A stretch of DNA of 63,999 nucleotides, the filler included, from Candidatus Babelota bacterium (GTDB lineage Bacteria; JAGOBX01), in the NCBI GenBank assembly GCA_017999075.1. It is 13 parts of 13 records of this genome, joined end to end, with 100 filler letters (N's around TTAATTAATTAA, not from the genome) between each part and the next. Parts side by side here need not be neighbours in the genome. Positions count along the whole stretch, not along the records: positions 1 to 3,134 come from JAGOBX010000487.1; positions 3,235 to 17,792 come from JAGOBX010000036.1; 11 more parts are not named here. One strand, written 5' to 3'. Position 1 is the stretch's first letter. Each line of letters opens with the position of its first letter. Made by a program: the position numbers and the translations under genes. Of this stretch, positions 1 to 9,405 are shown in pieces. The notes beneath the pieces are model-generated. The model saw only the letters and a program-made list of their open reading frames with translations, searched no databases and was not told the origin of the DNA.

Positions 1-2195
1 AGACAGTGGTAATATGAGTCGTTAAAAATAAGCATAACTGGTTTTTCATTCGGGTTATCAACTTCAAGAGATGTTTCGTCAAAACTCCATTTTATGTTTT
101 TGATTACTGTGTTTATTGATTTTTCTGAAAAATCTGTTATTCCGCAGTTTTTTTCAATTACAACGCAATTCTGATAATCAAAATCATTTTTTATTATTAA
201 ATCAAGAATTTGCGATTTATCTTTTACAATAATTTTGTTTGCAATATAAAATTGAGGTAATACGTTTTCAACGCGCTGTATAAAAGTTTGTTTTCCTAAT
301 TTCTTAATTGTTTCAAGTACTGGAATTTCAATATCAGTGATTACATATTTAACCCCTGCTATTTTTAATAATTGAAAATTATTTTTTAATAGCATGCTTC
401 TGTATTCTGCAAGCCGCCTGCTAATCATAGTATCGTATCCCCAGAACCCGAAAATTCTATATAATGAAGCCAGGTCCTCAGGAATGAAATTCATTAAATT
501 ATAGTAATCCGAAAAGTCATTGTTCAATCCTGAACTTTTTTTTAAATCATAATACATCATACCCCGGTTCCATGAATAAACTCTATAAAAACCGGTATCG
601 TATTCCTTTAAGTATTTAACAGTTTCAGGAACTGTTTCAAAAAATTTTTTATCTATTGCCGGAACATTTCTTTGAAAAAATACGAACAGTTCAGAAATCA
701 ATAATAATATAATCAGGTATTTTTTTATTTGTAAATCGAAGTTGTGAAATAATAATATGAATACAGAAAAATATATTAGAAACATTATAATTCCGGTAGA
801 TTTATATCCTTCGATCAATCTGGAAACTTTGCCGGTAAAATATTCTATATCAACTCGTTTGGGATTAACCGATATTTTTGAAAGCCATCCTGAATTTTCC
901 GGCAATCGGTTTTTTTTTTGAAATTCTCCTGCAATTATTTTATTAAAAGATGTTTTTAATCTGGTTCCTGTTGTAAACATAATTATTGAAAAACCAAAAA
1001 AGAAAACGGTAAACAATAATGTTAAAAATTTAAAACGTTTTGATTTAACAAAGTTGTTTAATAAAATAAAATTGAATCCATACGAAGCGAGAATGCACAT
1101 GAACAATTCGAAAAAAAGTAAAAATCTTGCCGGAGCTCTGAATAGTTTAAATCCCGGAATATAATATAAGATTTTAAATATAGGAGTATTTCCTCCCAAT
1201 CCGAACAATAAGACAATAAACGATAAAACCGTAAATAGTTTAATATTATTTTCAGTTTTCCATAAATATCTTACAGCAATAATTGACAACCATAAAGATA
1301 TAATTCCATAGTATATTGTGAATTCATCGTATCCTTCTTTACCTATGTACGAGTTTTCACAGGGATTTCCTGCAAAATCAGGGTAAACAAGATTTAGTAT
1401 ATTATAAACGGGCATTGATCTCATAACCATAAAATTATAACGGTCGCCCTGTGTTCTTTCAATAGTTTTAGAAAATTCATATGTCGGAAGGATTTGAATT
1501 GCGCTTAACCCTATTCCTATGAAAGTAAAAATAAAAATGAATATAAATATTTTTTTAAGTTCATCAATTTTTTTTTTGTTTTCAAAAATAAAAGATGCAG
1601 TTGAAAAAAGCAGAATAAAAACTATAGTATTAAAAGATGGTTGAGGATGTCCGATCAATAATTGAATAAACAGAATTATTCCTGCAGCCAGGGCAAACAT
1701 CGGGTTGCCGGATTTTTTGTATTTAAAAAAAAATAAAAGAATTAGCGGAATCCAGGATCTCGCTGAAATTATTCCTATGTTAAAATGATGCGCAGTCATA
1801 AATCCGCTGAATCCAAAAGATATGGCTCCGAATAATGAAACGGTTCTATTTAATTTTAATTCCCTTATGAGAAAATAGGTGAAAAGCGTCATTATGAAAA
1901 AATGAAAAATAATTGAAGCTGAATACATATCTGCAGGGTTGAATAAAAACCGGAAAATTAAATAAATCGGATAAAATATTCCTGCCTGGTTTGCCGCAAA
2001 AATGGGAAACCCGCAGAATAAATAAGGATTCCAAGCAGGGAATACCCCTTTTTTTATAAGATGGGTAGAAAATTCCATATAAGGATAAAGCATTAGAGAC
2101 ATATCGTAATAAAAAATTTTAAAGCCTAAAAATACAGGTTTATAAAAAAATACAAGCACTGCCGCAGCAATAAAAAAAATGCTTTTATATTTCAT
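1..2195 (-). CDS. YfhO-family multi-pass membrane protein (GT-C-like), 3' end runs off the window
   Basis: I translated the N-terminus by hand from ATG 2195: MKYKSIFFIAAAVLVFFYKPVF...PAWNPYLFCGFPIFAANQAGIFYP. The WNPY..CG.P motif and hydrophobic segments are typical of YfhO. It is probably missing from the ORF track because no stop is reached. I did not check the frame over the full length. Confidence 0.75.
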   Translation of the reverse strand, partial: MKYKSIFFIAAAVLVFFYKPVFLGFKIFYYDMSLMLYPYMEFSTHLIKKGVFPAWNPYLFCGFPIFAANQAGIFYPIYLIFRFLFNPADMYSASIIFHFFIMTLFTYFLIRELKLNRTVSLFGAISFGFSGFMTAHHFNIGIISARSWIPLILLFFFKYKKSGNPMFALAAGIILFIQLLIGHPQPSFNTIVFILLFSTASFIFENKKKIDELKKIFIFIFIFTFIGIGLSAIQILPTYEFSKTIERTQGDRYNFMVMRSMPVYNILNLVYPDFAGNPCENSYIGKEGYDEFTIYYGIISLWLSIIAVRYLWKTENNIKLFTVLSFIVLLFGLGGNTPIFKILYYIPGFKLFRAPARFLLFFELFMCILASYGFNFILLNNFVKSKRFKFLTLLFTVFFFGFSIIMFTTGTRLKTSFNKIIAGEFQKKNRLPENSGWLSKISVNPKRVDIEYFTGKVSRLIEGYKSTGIIMFLIYFSVFILLFHNFDLQIKKYLIILLLISELFVFFQRNVPAIDKKFFETVPETVKYLKEYDTGFYRVYSWNRGMMYYDLKKSSGLNNDFSDYYNLMNFIPEDLASLYRIFGFWGYDTMISRRLAEYRSMLLKNNFQLLKIAGVKYVITDIEIPVLETIKKLGKQTFIQRVENVLPQFYIANKIIVKDKSQILDLIIKNDFDYQNCVVIEKNCGITDFSEKSINTVIKNIKWSFDETSLEVDNPNEKPVMLIFNDSYYHC

Positions 2196-2215
2196 AATTT
2201 CAATAAACTAATATT

Positions 2216-2953
2216 TTAAAAATATTTTTCGTCGAATTTCCGCTGATGTATTTCGGAATTCAATTTTGTTAGTTCTTCGTTTTTTCTGCAAAAATCAATT
2301 ATTTCGTTTGTTGAGGGTTCTCTGTTTAAATGATTATATAGTTCTGTATAAATTTTACTGACCACTATATAATCTTCTTTAGTATCTACAGTTAACCTTA
2401 CATCATTCCATTGATAATTTATGTTAAAATGCCTGATTTTGTAAATTTTTTCATTTTTATAAAAGTAAGGTGTTACGTGTTCTTTATAATACCATTCAAG
2501 ATTTTCATTATAGAATTCCAATAATTTTTTAGAAACATAAATTTCCGCTCCCAAACCTAAAGGTAATCCTTTAATGCTTGAGTAATCAAGATTATTATCA
2601 ATAGTAAAATCAATAAAATTGTCCAAATAATCAAAAGCAATTAGCGGATTATCACCTGTGATACGCAAACTTAAATCTGAAAAATATTTTTTTTCAGCTT
2701 CTATAAATCTTGATAAAACATTTTCAGCATCTCCCCGAATTACTTTGATTCCTGAATTTTCAGCATATTCAGCTAAAATGTCGTCTTCTTTATTAACAGA
2801 AGTTGCCAATACTATCAGATTTATTTTTTTTGCAAGTTTTAATCGGGAAAATATTACTGTTATCAAAGGTTTTCCATTAAAATCAATTATAGATTTATTT
2901 TTTAAGCGGGTTGAACCCATTCTTGCCTGAACAATTGCTTTTATAAAATACAT
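2216..2953 (-). CDS. spsF: SpsF-like acylneuraminate/sugar cytidylyltransferase
   Basis: IVQARMGSTRL..K, RITGDNP, EHVT and RLTVDT.ED motifs. Confidence 0.85.
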   Translation of the reverse strand: MYFIKAIVQARMGSTRLKNKSIIDFNGKPLITVIFSRLKLAKKINLIVLATSVNKEDDILAEYAENSGIKVIRGDAENVLSRFIEAEKKYFSDLSLRITGDNPLIAFDYLDNFIDFTIDNNLDYSSIKGLPLGLGAEIYVSKKLLEFYNENLEWYYKEHVTPYFYKNEKIYKIRHFNINYQWNDVRLTVDTKEDYIVVSKIYTELYNHLNREPSTNEIIDFCRKNEELTKLNSEIHQRKFDEKYF

Positions 2954-3134
2954 ATTATAAATATACTTCCTTAAAAATTCAAATCAAAATATATAACAGT
3001 AAAACAAATTAAAAGAAAAAATATCAATATTTGAAAAATTAAATTTACAATATAATATAAGGCAAAAAAAACAAATAAATATTTAGATTGAAAATTAAAT
3101 TTAAAAAAATCTTGCAAAATTTGAAAAAAATAAA

Positions 3135-3234
3135 NNNNNNNNNNNNNNNNNNNNNNNNNNNNNNNNNNNNNNNNNNNNTTAATTAATTAANNNNNNNNNN
3201 NNNNNNNNNNNNNNNNNNNNNNNNNNNNNNNNNN
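3135..3234. other. Artificial contig linker (N run + TTAATTAATTAA + N run). It recurs at 17793-17892, 32399-32498, 35617-35716, 38833-38932, 42046-42145, 45257-45356, 48468-48567, 51678-51777, 54878-54977, 58072-58171 and 61264-61363.
   Basis: Identical 100-nt spacer with stops in all six frames; ORFs are cut at each one. Confidence 0.99.
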
Positions 3235-3390
3235 TACAATAATTTTTGAGTTCATTTGGTTAACCTCCTAAATATTTTGACTGGTTGTAACAGTCGCTAT
3301 ATATTTTGCGAGGTTAACCTTTTTTAGTCAACTTTTTTCATTTTCTATAATATAGCAAGCTCTGCGGTTAAAAAAATATTTAATTTATTT

Positions 3391-3417
3391 TGCAACCTTT
3401 CCATAAAAAAACTGTAT
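3391..3417 (+). promoter_or_regulatory. ECF-type promoter motif copy 1 (TGCAAC-N17-GTAT), upstream of clpP-like gene
   Basis: TGCAAC 3391-3396, GTAT 3414-3417; same motif and spacing at five other intergenic sites. Confidence 0.7.
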
Positions 3418-3451
3418 AACAATTACAAAGTCAATTTGAGGAGGTTTTATT

Positions 3452-4003
3452 ATGAGCGGTAAAAATAATGACGAGAACAAAAAAAAAGAACTTGACGGTC
3501 TGCTTTTTTTGAGCGGCGCAGTATCAGCGGAAGGTATTTGCAGAGATATTATTCGATTGAATGTCGAGAACGAAGCGCCTGTGATACAATTGATTATCAA
3601 TTCGCAGGGCGGTTATTGTTCGGAAGGTTTTGCAATTATCGATATTATGGAATGGTCGAAAATTCCTGTATATACTACTGGTATCGGTATGATTGCGTCA
3701 ATGGGTTTATTGATTTTTATGGCCGGCGAAAAAGGTCACAGGGTAATAACTCCGCGCACTTCTATTTTATCGCATAGATATTTTGGCGGCGCGATAGGTA
3801 ATCATTCAAGTTTGATAGCCGCGCGTAAAGAACAGGATTTAATGCATCAAAGGATAATCAATCATTATTTTCAGCATTCAAAAATAACATCTGAAGATGA
3901 ATTGAATAATACGCTGCTGCGCGATGTTGATACTTGGTTGACGCCCGACGAATGTCTTAAATACGGGATTGCTGATAAAATACAGCAGGATATGAAGCGT
4001 TAG
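3452..4003 (+). CDS. ClpP-like serine protease (peptidase S14), divergent accessory copy
   Basis: LIINSQGG, GMIASMG (catalytic Ser), ILSHR (His), RDVDTWLTPDECLKYGIADKI (Asp region); GGAGG RBS. Confidence 0.9.
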   Translation: MSGKNNDENKKKELDGLLFLSGAVSAEGICRDIIRLNVENEAPVIQLIINSQGGYCSEGFAIIDIMEWSKIPVYTTGIGMIASMGLLIFMAGEKGHRVITPRTSILSHRYFGGAIGNHSSLIAARKEQDLMHQRIINHYFQHSKITSEDELNNTLLRDVDTWLTPDECLKYGIADKIQQDMKR

Positions 4004-4012
4004 AAAATAATA

Positions 4013-4245
4013 GCCGATTGACGGATAGGCGGATAGGCGGATAAGCGGATAAGCGGATTGGCGGATAGGCCGATAAGCGGATTGACTAATTTTTAATTAT
4101 TAAAGTTTTGAATGTTTAGTTTTGAGTTTTGAGTGTTGGAAAATTAGTTTATAAAGTTTATAAGGTTCGTAAAGTTTGGAGTTAATAAAATTATTGATTG
4201 ACAACTGATGACTGGCAACTGATGACTGACAACTGATGACTGACT
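4013..4245 (+). repeat. Block of short tandem repeats (8-mer GCGGATA[G/A], 7-mer TTTTGAG, 9-mer AAAGTTTAT, 14-mer CAACTGATGACTG[A/G])
   Basis: Directly visible between the clpP-like stop and the ATPase RBS. Confidence 0.9.
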
Positions 4246-4295
4246 TCGTACTTCGCGCATCGCGCAATAAATTAAATTTTTGGAGGTTATACATT

Positions 4296-6386
4296 ATGGC
4301 AAACAACGATAAACAAAAAGAAAATAATAGCGGGATTATACCAGCCGCGCTGCTTGATTTAATGTCTGAACTTGTGAACAAATATATTGAACGGTGTGAG
4401 TTGTGGCAGGGTCAGCCGCAGAAAATCGAGCAGTTGACTAATTTAAACGAAAGTATAAAAAACATTGAATCGCAGATATTCGCGTTTGATTATCAACCGC
4501 TGAATTATACATTAAATCAGCTTAAATTTTCTGAGGTTGAAAGACGCCTGTTTATTCTGATATTTGTTTTAAAAACAGAAAATTCGCTGATGAAAAAAGC
4601 GAATGAAAAAGTTGAAAAAATCATTAAATCAAGCAGAAATAATTTGACGGCAAATACACTATTATCAATATTATTTGAATCTTATTCTGACAGGATAATC
4701 AACCGCAAACTTTTTTCAACTGAATCATCAATAATAAAAAATAATATTATTACTATGGAATCTAATGCTTATGAAAATATGCCGAACTGGGAAATTGAAA
4801 TGAATACGCGATTTATGAATTATATACTCGGCGATAATAATCTTTATGCGACAACTGATTTTTTGAGTATTGAAGAAAGCCGCGTTTCATTCGATTCCGT
4901 GATAATTGAAGACGCGATAAAAAAAGATATTATTGATGCGCTCGATAACTACGACGAATATCAAAAACGAATCAGCGTTTTGAAAGAAAACGGAGTTTTT
5001 GAATACGGGATCGGTTATACATTTATGTTTTACGGTCAATCAGGCGTAGGCAAGACAATGCTCGCGCACGCAATAGCAAAATATCTAAACAAAAAAATTA
5101 TTACTTACAAATCTAATAAAAATTCTGATAATGTTCCATTCAGAAGACACAGAAATATCGAAGAACAGTTGCCGCGTCTATTTCTTGAAGTTGCGTTGCA
5201 TAACGGTATATTGTTTTTTGACGAATGTTCAGAATTATTCAAGAAAGAAACGCAGGAAAGCAGAGAGCTGCTGATACAACTTGAAAAAAGTAATGTGATT
5301 GTTATTTTCGCGACTAACAATTTAGTTGATTTATCGCCGGCCCTTGAACGCCGGATACTTTTCAAATACAAAATCAAAGCGCCTGATTTGAATAACCGCA
5401 TTAAACTATGGAATCATTTCCTTACAAAAAGCGGGATTACCGGCGTTAAAAAAGAACTTATCGAAAAAATCAGCGCGCGCTATAATATGCCCGGCGGATT
5501 TATCAAGAATGCCGCGCTAAAATATATCAACTCAAAAATCAGCGGCGTCATTAATGGTGCTGAACTTGAAAAAATAACGGAAATATATTACAATCGTTAT
5601 ATTGAGAGTTCGTTTGTATTGAAGCAATCCGATCCCTCGGCATTTGATGAAAAACATTTTGAATCAATAAATGCTGAAATTAAAAACTCGCTTGATAAAA
5701 TTGTAGAAGCCGCGCGAATGCTTTATTCTATTGAAAACATAAATAACTGCAATATGCCGAGTATTAATGTAGTTATCGCAACAGCGGGCGAACATAGCGC
5801 GAATAGATTATCTGAATATATCATTAATAAATTGCAGCGGTCATTTATTAAATTCGGGTTAAACTATAAATCCGACGAAGAATTTGAATCTGATTATAAG
5901 AAAAAATTCATCATCAGTTATTTGCAGGCGGACGCGCTCGAAGATATCCGCGATACGCGGCCTGTTATAGTTTTTGATCAGCTCAAAAAAAATAATGATA
6001 AATATAATGTCCGCGAAGAATATGCGGAATGTCTTAAAAAAATGACGCAGAATGTCGGGATATTGCGGATAATGCTGATATCGCATAAAACAGATAAGGA
6101 TTTATTTGATGATTTTAATCCTGATTTTTTTGTCAGATTCCGCGATGATATTAAGCCCGCTGATACAATCGATAAACTGCTTAAACATAATAATATTCAG
6201 ATTGATTCAGCGCTTAAAACTCAGATTATCGATGATTGCAATAATCCGAAACAGATGCTTAAATTCAAAAAAATTGTTCAACTCTATAAACTGCAGAATC
6301 ATCAGAAAGAACCGCGTAAATTCAACGATTATATTGATATGATGTTTTTCAAAGAATTAGCTTTTGACGCGCCGCTGTTCGGCTGA
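4296..6386 (+). CDS. AAA+ ATPase (about 696 aa) with helical N-terminal region and a probable degenerate second AAA domain
   Basis: Walker A GQSGVGKT, Walker B LFFDE, sensor FATN, Arg finger ALERR, PGGFIKNA. Start moved to ATG 4296 because GGAGG lies at 4282; the track start lies inside the repeats. Confidence 0.88.
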   Translation: MANNDKQKENNSGIIPAALLDLMSELVNKYIERCELWQGQPQKIEQLTNLNESIKNIESQIFAFDYQPLNYTLNQLKFSEVERRLFILIFVLKTENSLMKKANEKVEKIIKSSRNNLTANTLLSILFESYSDRIINRKLFSTESSIIKNNIITMESNAYENMPNWEIEMNTRFMNYILGDNNLYATTDFLSIEESRVSFDSVIIEDAIKKDIIDALDNYDEYQKRISVLKENGVFEYGIGYTFMFYGQSGVGKTMLAHAIAKYLNKKIITYKSNKNSDNVPFRRHRNIEEQLPRLFLEVALHNGILFFDECSELFKKETQESRELLIQLEKSNVIVIFATNNLVDLSPALERRILFKYKIKAPDLNNRIKLWNHFLTKSGITGVKKELIEKISARYNMPGGFIKNAALKYINSKISGVINGAELEKITEIYYNRYIESSFVLKQSDPSAFDEKHFESINAEIKNSLDKIVEAARMLYSIENINNCNMPSINVVIATAGEHSANRLSEYIINKLQRSFIKFGLNYKSDEEFESDYKKKFIISYLQADALEDIRDTRPVIVFDQLKKNNDKYNVREEYAECLKKMTQNVGILRIMLISHKTDKDLFDDFNPDFFVRFRDDIKPADTIDKLLKHNNIQIDSALKTQIIDDCNNPKQMLKFKKIVQLYKLQNHQKEPRKFNDYIDMMFFKELAFDAPLFG

Positions 6387-6394
6387 TAATTTTC

Positions 6395-6443
6395 CGCCGG
6401 ACTACAATTTGATTTTGATTGTCGTCCGGCATTATTTATTTTT
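6395..6443 (+). terminator. Probable intrinsic terminator after the ATPase
   Basis: GCCGGAC-TACAAT...ATTGTC-GTCCGGC stem followed by a T-rich tract. Confidence 0.55.
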
Positions 6444-6713
6444 CGAATTAAATATAGGATTTGATAGAATTTCTTAACACGGATGTAAACAGATTAAACG
6501 GATTTAACGGGTTGTATATTGTAGTCGCGAATTTTAATTCGCATCTTATAACGCCGATATAAAATCGGCGATTACAAAAATACGCTTTATTATGAGAAGT
6601 GTCGATATTTTCAATTATAAGAATAATTTCTACTTTCCGTTTCTGCGTCAAATAACTGAAAATATATATTTTAAGGTAATGCTTAAGTGAACGCTGGCAC
6701 TTGCCATAATAAA

Positions 6714-6770
6714 TGTAGAAAACCCTTTAGGGTTGCTTTAAAAAATAGCAATGCTAAAGCATTTTTTACA
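6714..6770. repeat. Double-hairpin palindromic element, copy 1 (inverted copy at 12155-12210)
   Basis: TGTAGAAAACCCTTTAGGGTTGC...GCAATGCTAAAGCATTTTTTACA. Confidence 0.75.
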
Positions 6771-6795
6771 TTTTATTTACTTATTCGAAAGTCCC

Positions 6796-6883
6796 AATTT
6801 CAAATAACCGCAGGCGCGACCTGTGGCAAAAATAACTTAAGTGACAACCCTGAACAATGTTGAATTTTATATTAATTTGAAAT
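6796..6883 (+). repeat. Direct repeat A, copy 1 (REP-like hairpins)
   Basis: About 88 nt, near-identical to 9159-9246. Confidence 0.9.
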
Positions 6884-7002
6884 CCTATACTTATCAAAAT
6901 CGTTTTTTGAATTTATTTATTGACTGGTGATTTCATCAACGGCTATGTAAAATTTGACGATTTCAGCGTCGTAAATTTTTAAGAAAATCAATATTTCATT
7001 TA

Positions 7003-7057
7003 AAAAAACATCACATATTTTGCAACTGTTTTAGATAATTTGCGTATAATTATTAAA
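7003..7057 (+). promoter_or_regulatory. Direct repeat B, copy 1, containing ECF-type promoter copy 2
   Basis: TGCAAC 7021-7026, CGTAT 7043-7047; 50/55 identical to 9320-9374. Confidence 0.75.
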
Positions 7058-7075
7058 GATTGGAGGTGATAAAAG

Positions 7076-7384
7076 ATGTTTGAGATAGACGCTTATGATT
7101 TATTCGAAATTTTAAAAAAAACTGACAAACACAAGTTTTATCAATTTGAAGGAGATATTTATAAAATTATAAATGAAATCAAAAAAATTTCAATTGACAA
7201 ATATATTACATATAATTGCGTATTGAAAGTTTACATTTCCGAATCATTAAAATTGGCGGAGACTGAAAAAATCGCCGGAGAAATTAATCAATACATTTTA
7301 ATTAATGAATTAATATTTAACGCTGAACATACTAAAAATTTATCCGATAATAATATAAAATTGGAATTGTATTTATTTTACTGA
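7076..7384 (+). CDS. Small protein resembling a stand-alone FtsZ/tubulin C-terminal domain
   Basis: Strong GGAGGTG RBS. EIDAYDLFEILK resembles FtsZ NLDFADVRTVMK, and VLKVYISESLKLAETEKIAGEI...LIFNAEHTKNLSDNNIKLELY resembles GVLMNITGG.NLSL.EV..AA..V...MIFGSVINENL.DEI.VTVI. By-eye pattern match only. Confidence 0.5.
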   Translation: MFEIDAYDLFEILKKTDKHKFYQFEGDIYKIINEIKKISIDKYITYNCVLKVYISESLKLAETEKIAGEINQYILINELIFNAEHTKNLSDNNIKLELYLFY

Positions 7385-7451
7385 TTGATTTTTTTATTTG
7401 GTTAATTTGGTTAATCTATGTTGTAATAAAACAAGGATTGACCGTATTAAC
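7335..7451 (+). repeat. Direct repeat C, copy 1 (includes the last 15 or so codons of the 102-aa ORF)
   Basis: 117 nt, 2 mismatches to 10331-10447. Confidence 0.95.
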
Positions 7452-7580
7452 TATAAAAATATTTTTGACACTAATTGCGCTAATTTTCACAAATTTATAA
7501 TTTAAAATTATGTTTTTAGTTTGATTTATATTGAAGTTTAAAATATATTTTTAAACAAATAATTTTTATAGAGGAAAAAT

Positions 7581-8315
7581 ATGAAACAACAACATTGTCC
7601 GCACGATAGTTGGGCAAACTATTACGATTTTGTTTATGAAACAACATATGGAGTTTTTTACAAAAATATTACTGAGCAATCTTTGAATATTATTGAAAAT
7701 GTTCTGCCGACGGGCAAAATCCTTGATATGGGCGCCGGGACAGGGCGAATGTCAATACCATTATCCAAGAAAGGATACAATATTACAGCAATTGAACGCA
7801 GCGCCAATATGTATAAAATACTAAAACAAAAATCTAAACAAAATAATATTGATATCAATATATTAAATTTGCCTATTCTTGATTACAACGGTTCTGAAAA
7901 TAATATGGTGTTATGTCTTTTTACTGTATTAAATTATATTTTAGACGAAGATGAATTAGAAAAAACTATTTCTATAATAAAAAATTCATTAGTAAATAAT
8001 GGGTATATTTTTTTTGATATAGCAGAAAAAGTATTTTTTAATATACGACAATTAATAAATATTAATCGTGATTATTTACAAAGAAAGGTAATTGTAAACC
8101 CGACGGATGTTAAAGATATTTATTCTTATACAGAAGAATGCGGCGGTATTTTCAATGGTCAGTCATTTAAATATACTGATGAATTTAAAATCAGATATTG
8201 GGAACCTGTCACAGTAATAAACAAATTTATTGATGCGGGCTTTGAAATATTTAGCGATTATTCCGAGCAATTTAAAAATACTGGCTCCGCATATTTTGTA
8301 TTGAAGAAAAAATAA
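7581..8315 (+). CDS. Class I SAM-dependent methyltransferase
   Basis: ILDMGAGTGR motif I; WANYYD N-terminus; NNGYIFFD. Confidence 0.9.
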   Translation: MKQQHCPHDSWANYYDFVYETTYGVFYKNITEQSLNIIENVLPTGKILDMGAGTGRMSIPLSKKGYNITAIERSANMYKILKQKSKQNNIDINILNLPILDYNGSENNMVLCLFTVLNYILDEDELEKTISIIKNSLVNNGYIFFDIAEKVFFNIRQLININRDYLQRKVIVNPTDVKDIYSYTEECGGIFNGQSFKYTDEFKIRYWEPVTVINKFIDAGFEIFSDYSEQFKNTGSAYFVLKKK

Positions 8316-8343
8316 AAATTATTAAAATTATAGGAGTGTCAAA

Positions 8344-9081
8344 ATGCATGGAAAAATTCTTAATTTTTATGAAAGTGTAGTATCTTGTGACAGTAATAAC
8401 AATATTTGCCCAAGAACTGAAAAGAATGATTCGACACCGCCACGCGGTTTTTATAGTCGTGGAGTTCCGAGCAAAATAGATATTATGGTAATCGGTAAAA
8501 ATCCAGGGCATTTGCTTTGTGACGAAAATGGAAATGAGGCACAACTATATGAAAATCACACACCAAGAGAAAAAGCGGAAATTATATTTTATAGCAATAA
8601 TAATAATATTAATATTAATGTTGAATTTAACGACCCATTATCTCAAAAATTTCATATAAATTTATTTAGATATTTAGCTTATTTTTTAGATATTACAGAT
8701 AAATTAAAAACTTATTCTGATTTTAAAAATTCAGAAAATCGGCATCAAATTTCTGAAAACACATTAGAAAAATGTCTTATAACAAATTTAGTTAAATGTC
8801 AGACAATAACGGAAAAAGAAAAACTTAAAGCCCCTACAAAGCAAAATTGTTTAAATAAATTTTTATGTGATGAAATTAGATTTTGGCAACCAAAAGTAAT
8901 TCTTTGTTTAGGTTCTGAAACAGATCCATTTATCAAAAATAAAATCAAAAAAATTAATGATTTAGAAAAATATTCAAATAAATTTGTTCAAGTTAGACAT
9001 CCTTCATATTTTTATGCAAGAAATAAAGAACAACAAGAATTATGTAAAATTAAAAGTCAAATAACTGAAATTCTAAGTTAA
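8344..9081 (+). CDS. Uracil-DNA glycosylase superfamily protein
   Basis: IMVIGKNPG (motif A), ITNLVKC, QPKVILCLG, VRHPS (motif B). Confidence 0.8.
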   Translation: MHGKILNFYESVVSCDSNNNICPRTEKNDSTPPRGFYSRGVPSKIDIMVIGKNPGHLLCDENGNEAQLYENHTPREKAEIIFYSNNNNININVEFNDPLSQKFHINLFRYLAYFLDITDKLKTYSDFKNSENRHQISENTLEKCLITNLVKCQTITEKEKLKAPTKQNCLNKFLCDEIRFWQPKVILCLGSETDPFIKNKIKKINDLEKYSNKFVQVRHPSYFYARNKEQQELCKIKSQITEILS

Positions 9082-9138
9082 TAATTTTTTTATATTAATT
9101 TTTTTAAAGTAATTTATAAATGATATTTAAGAATAATC

Positions 9139-9246
9139 GACAACCGCGAATGCGGTTGAATTTCAAATAACCGCAGGCGCAACCTGTGGCAAAAATAACT
9201 TAATGTGACAACCCTGAACAGGGTTGAATTTATATTAATTTGAAAT
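9139..9246 (+). repeat. Direct repeat A, copy 2, with an extra 5' hairpin
   Basis: CAACCGCGAATGCGGTTG, CCGCAGGCGCAACCTGTGG and CAACCCTGAACAGGGTTG hairpins. Confidence 0.9.
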
Positions 9247-9319
9247 TCGACCCTTATAAATTTTCAAACGCCATAAATGTTTAATGTTTTATAAAATCCA
9301 CATTACTGCACAAAAAATT

Positions 9320-9374
9320 AAAAAACATCCGATATTTTGCAACTGTTTTAAAGAATTTGCGTATCATTATTAAA
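9320..9374 (+). promoter_or_regulatory. Direct repeat B, copy 2, containing ECF-type promoter copy 3
   Basis: TGCAAC 9338-9343, CGTAT 9360-9364. Confidence 0.75.
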
Positions 9375-9405
9375 CCAAGAAAATTATATTACGAGGTGCT
9401 TATAA

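Noticed and set aside
4013-4245. Possible CRISPR array
   Set aside because: Units are 7-14 nt and directly tandem, with no unique spacers and no cas genes
4100-4381. 93-aa minus-strand ORF, and the 4236 start of the ATPase
   Set aside because: Both are translations of the repeat tracts; the RBS supports ATG 4296
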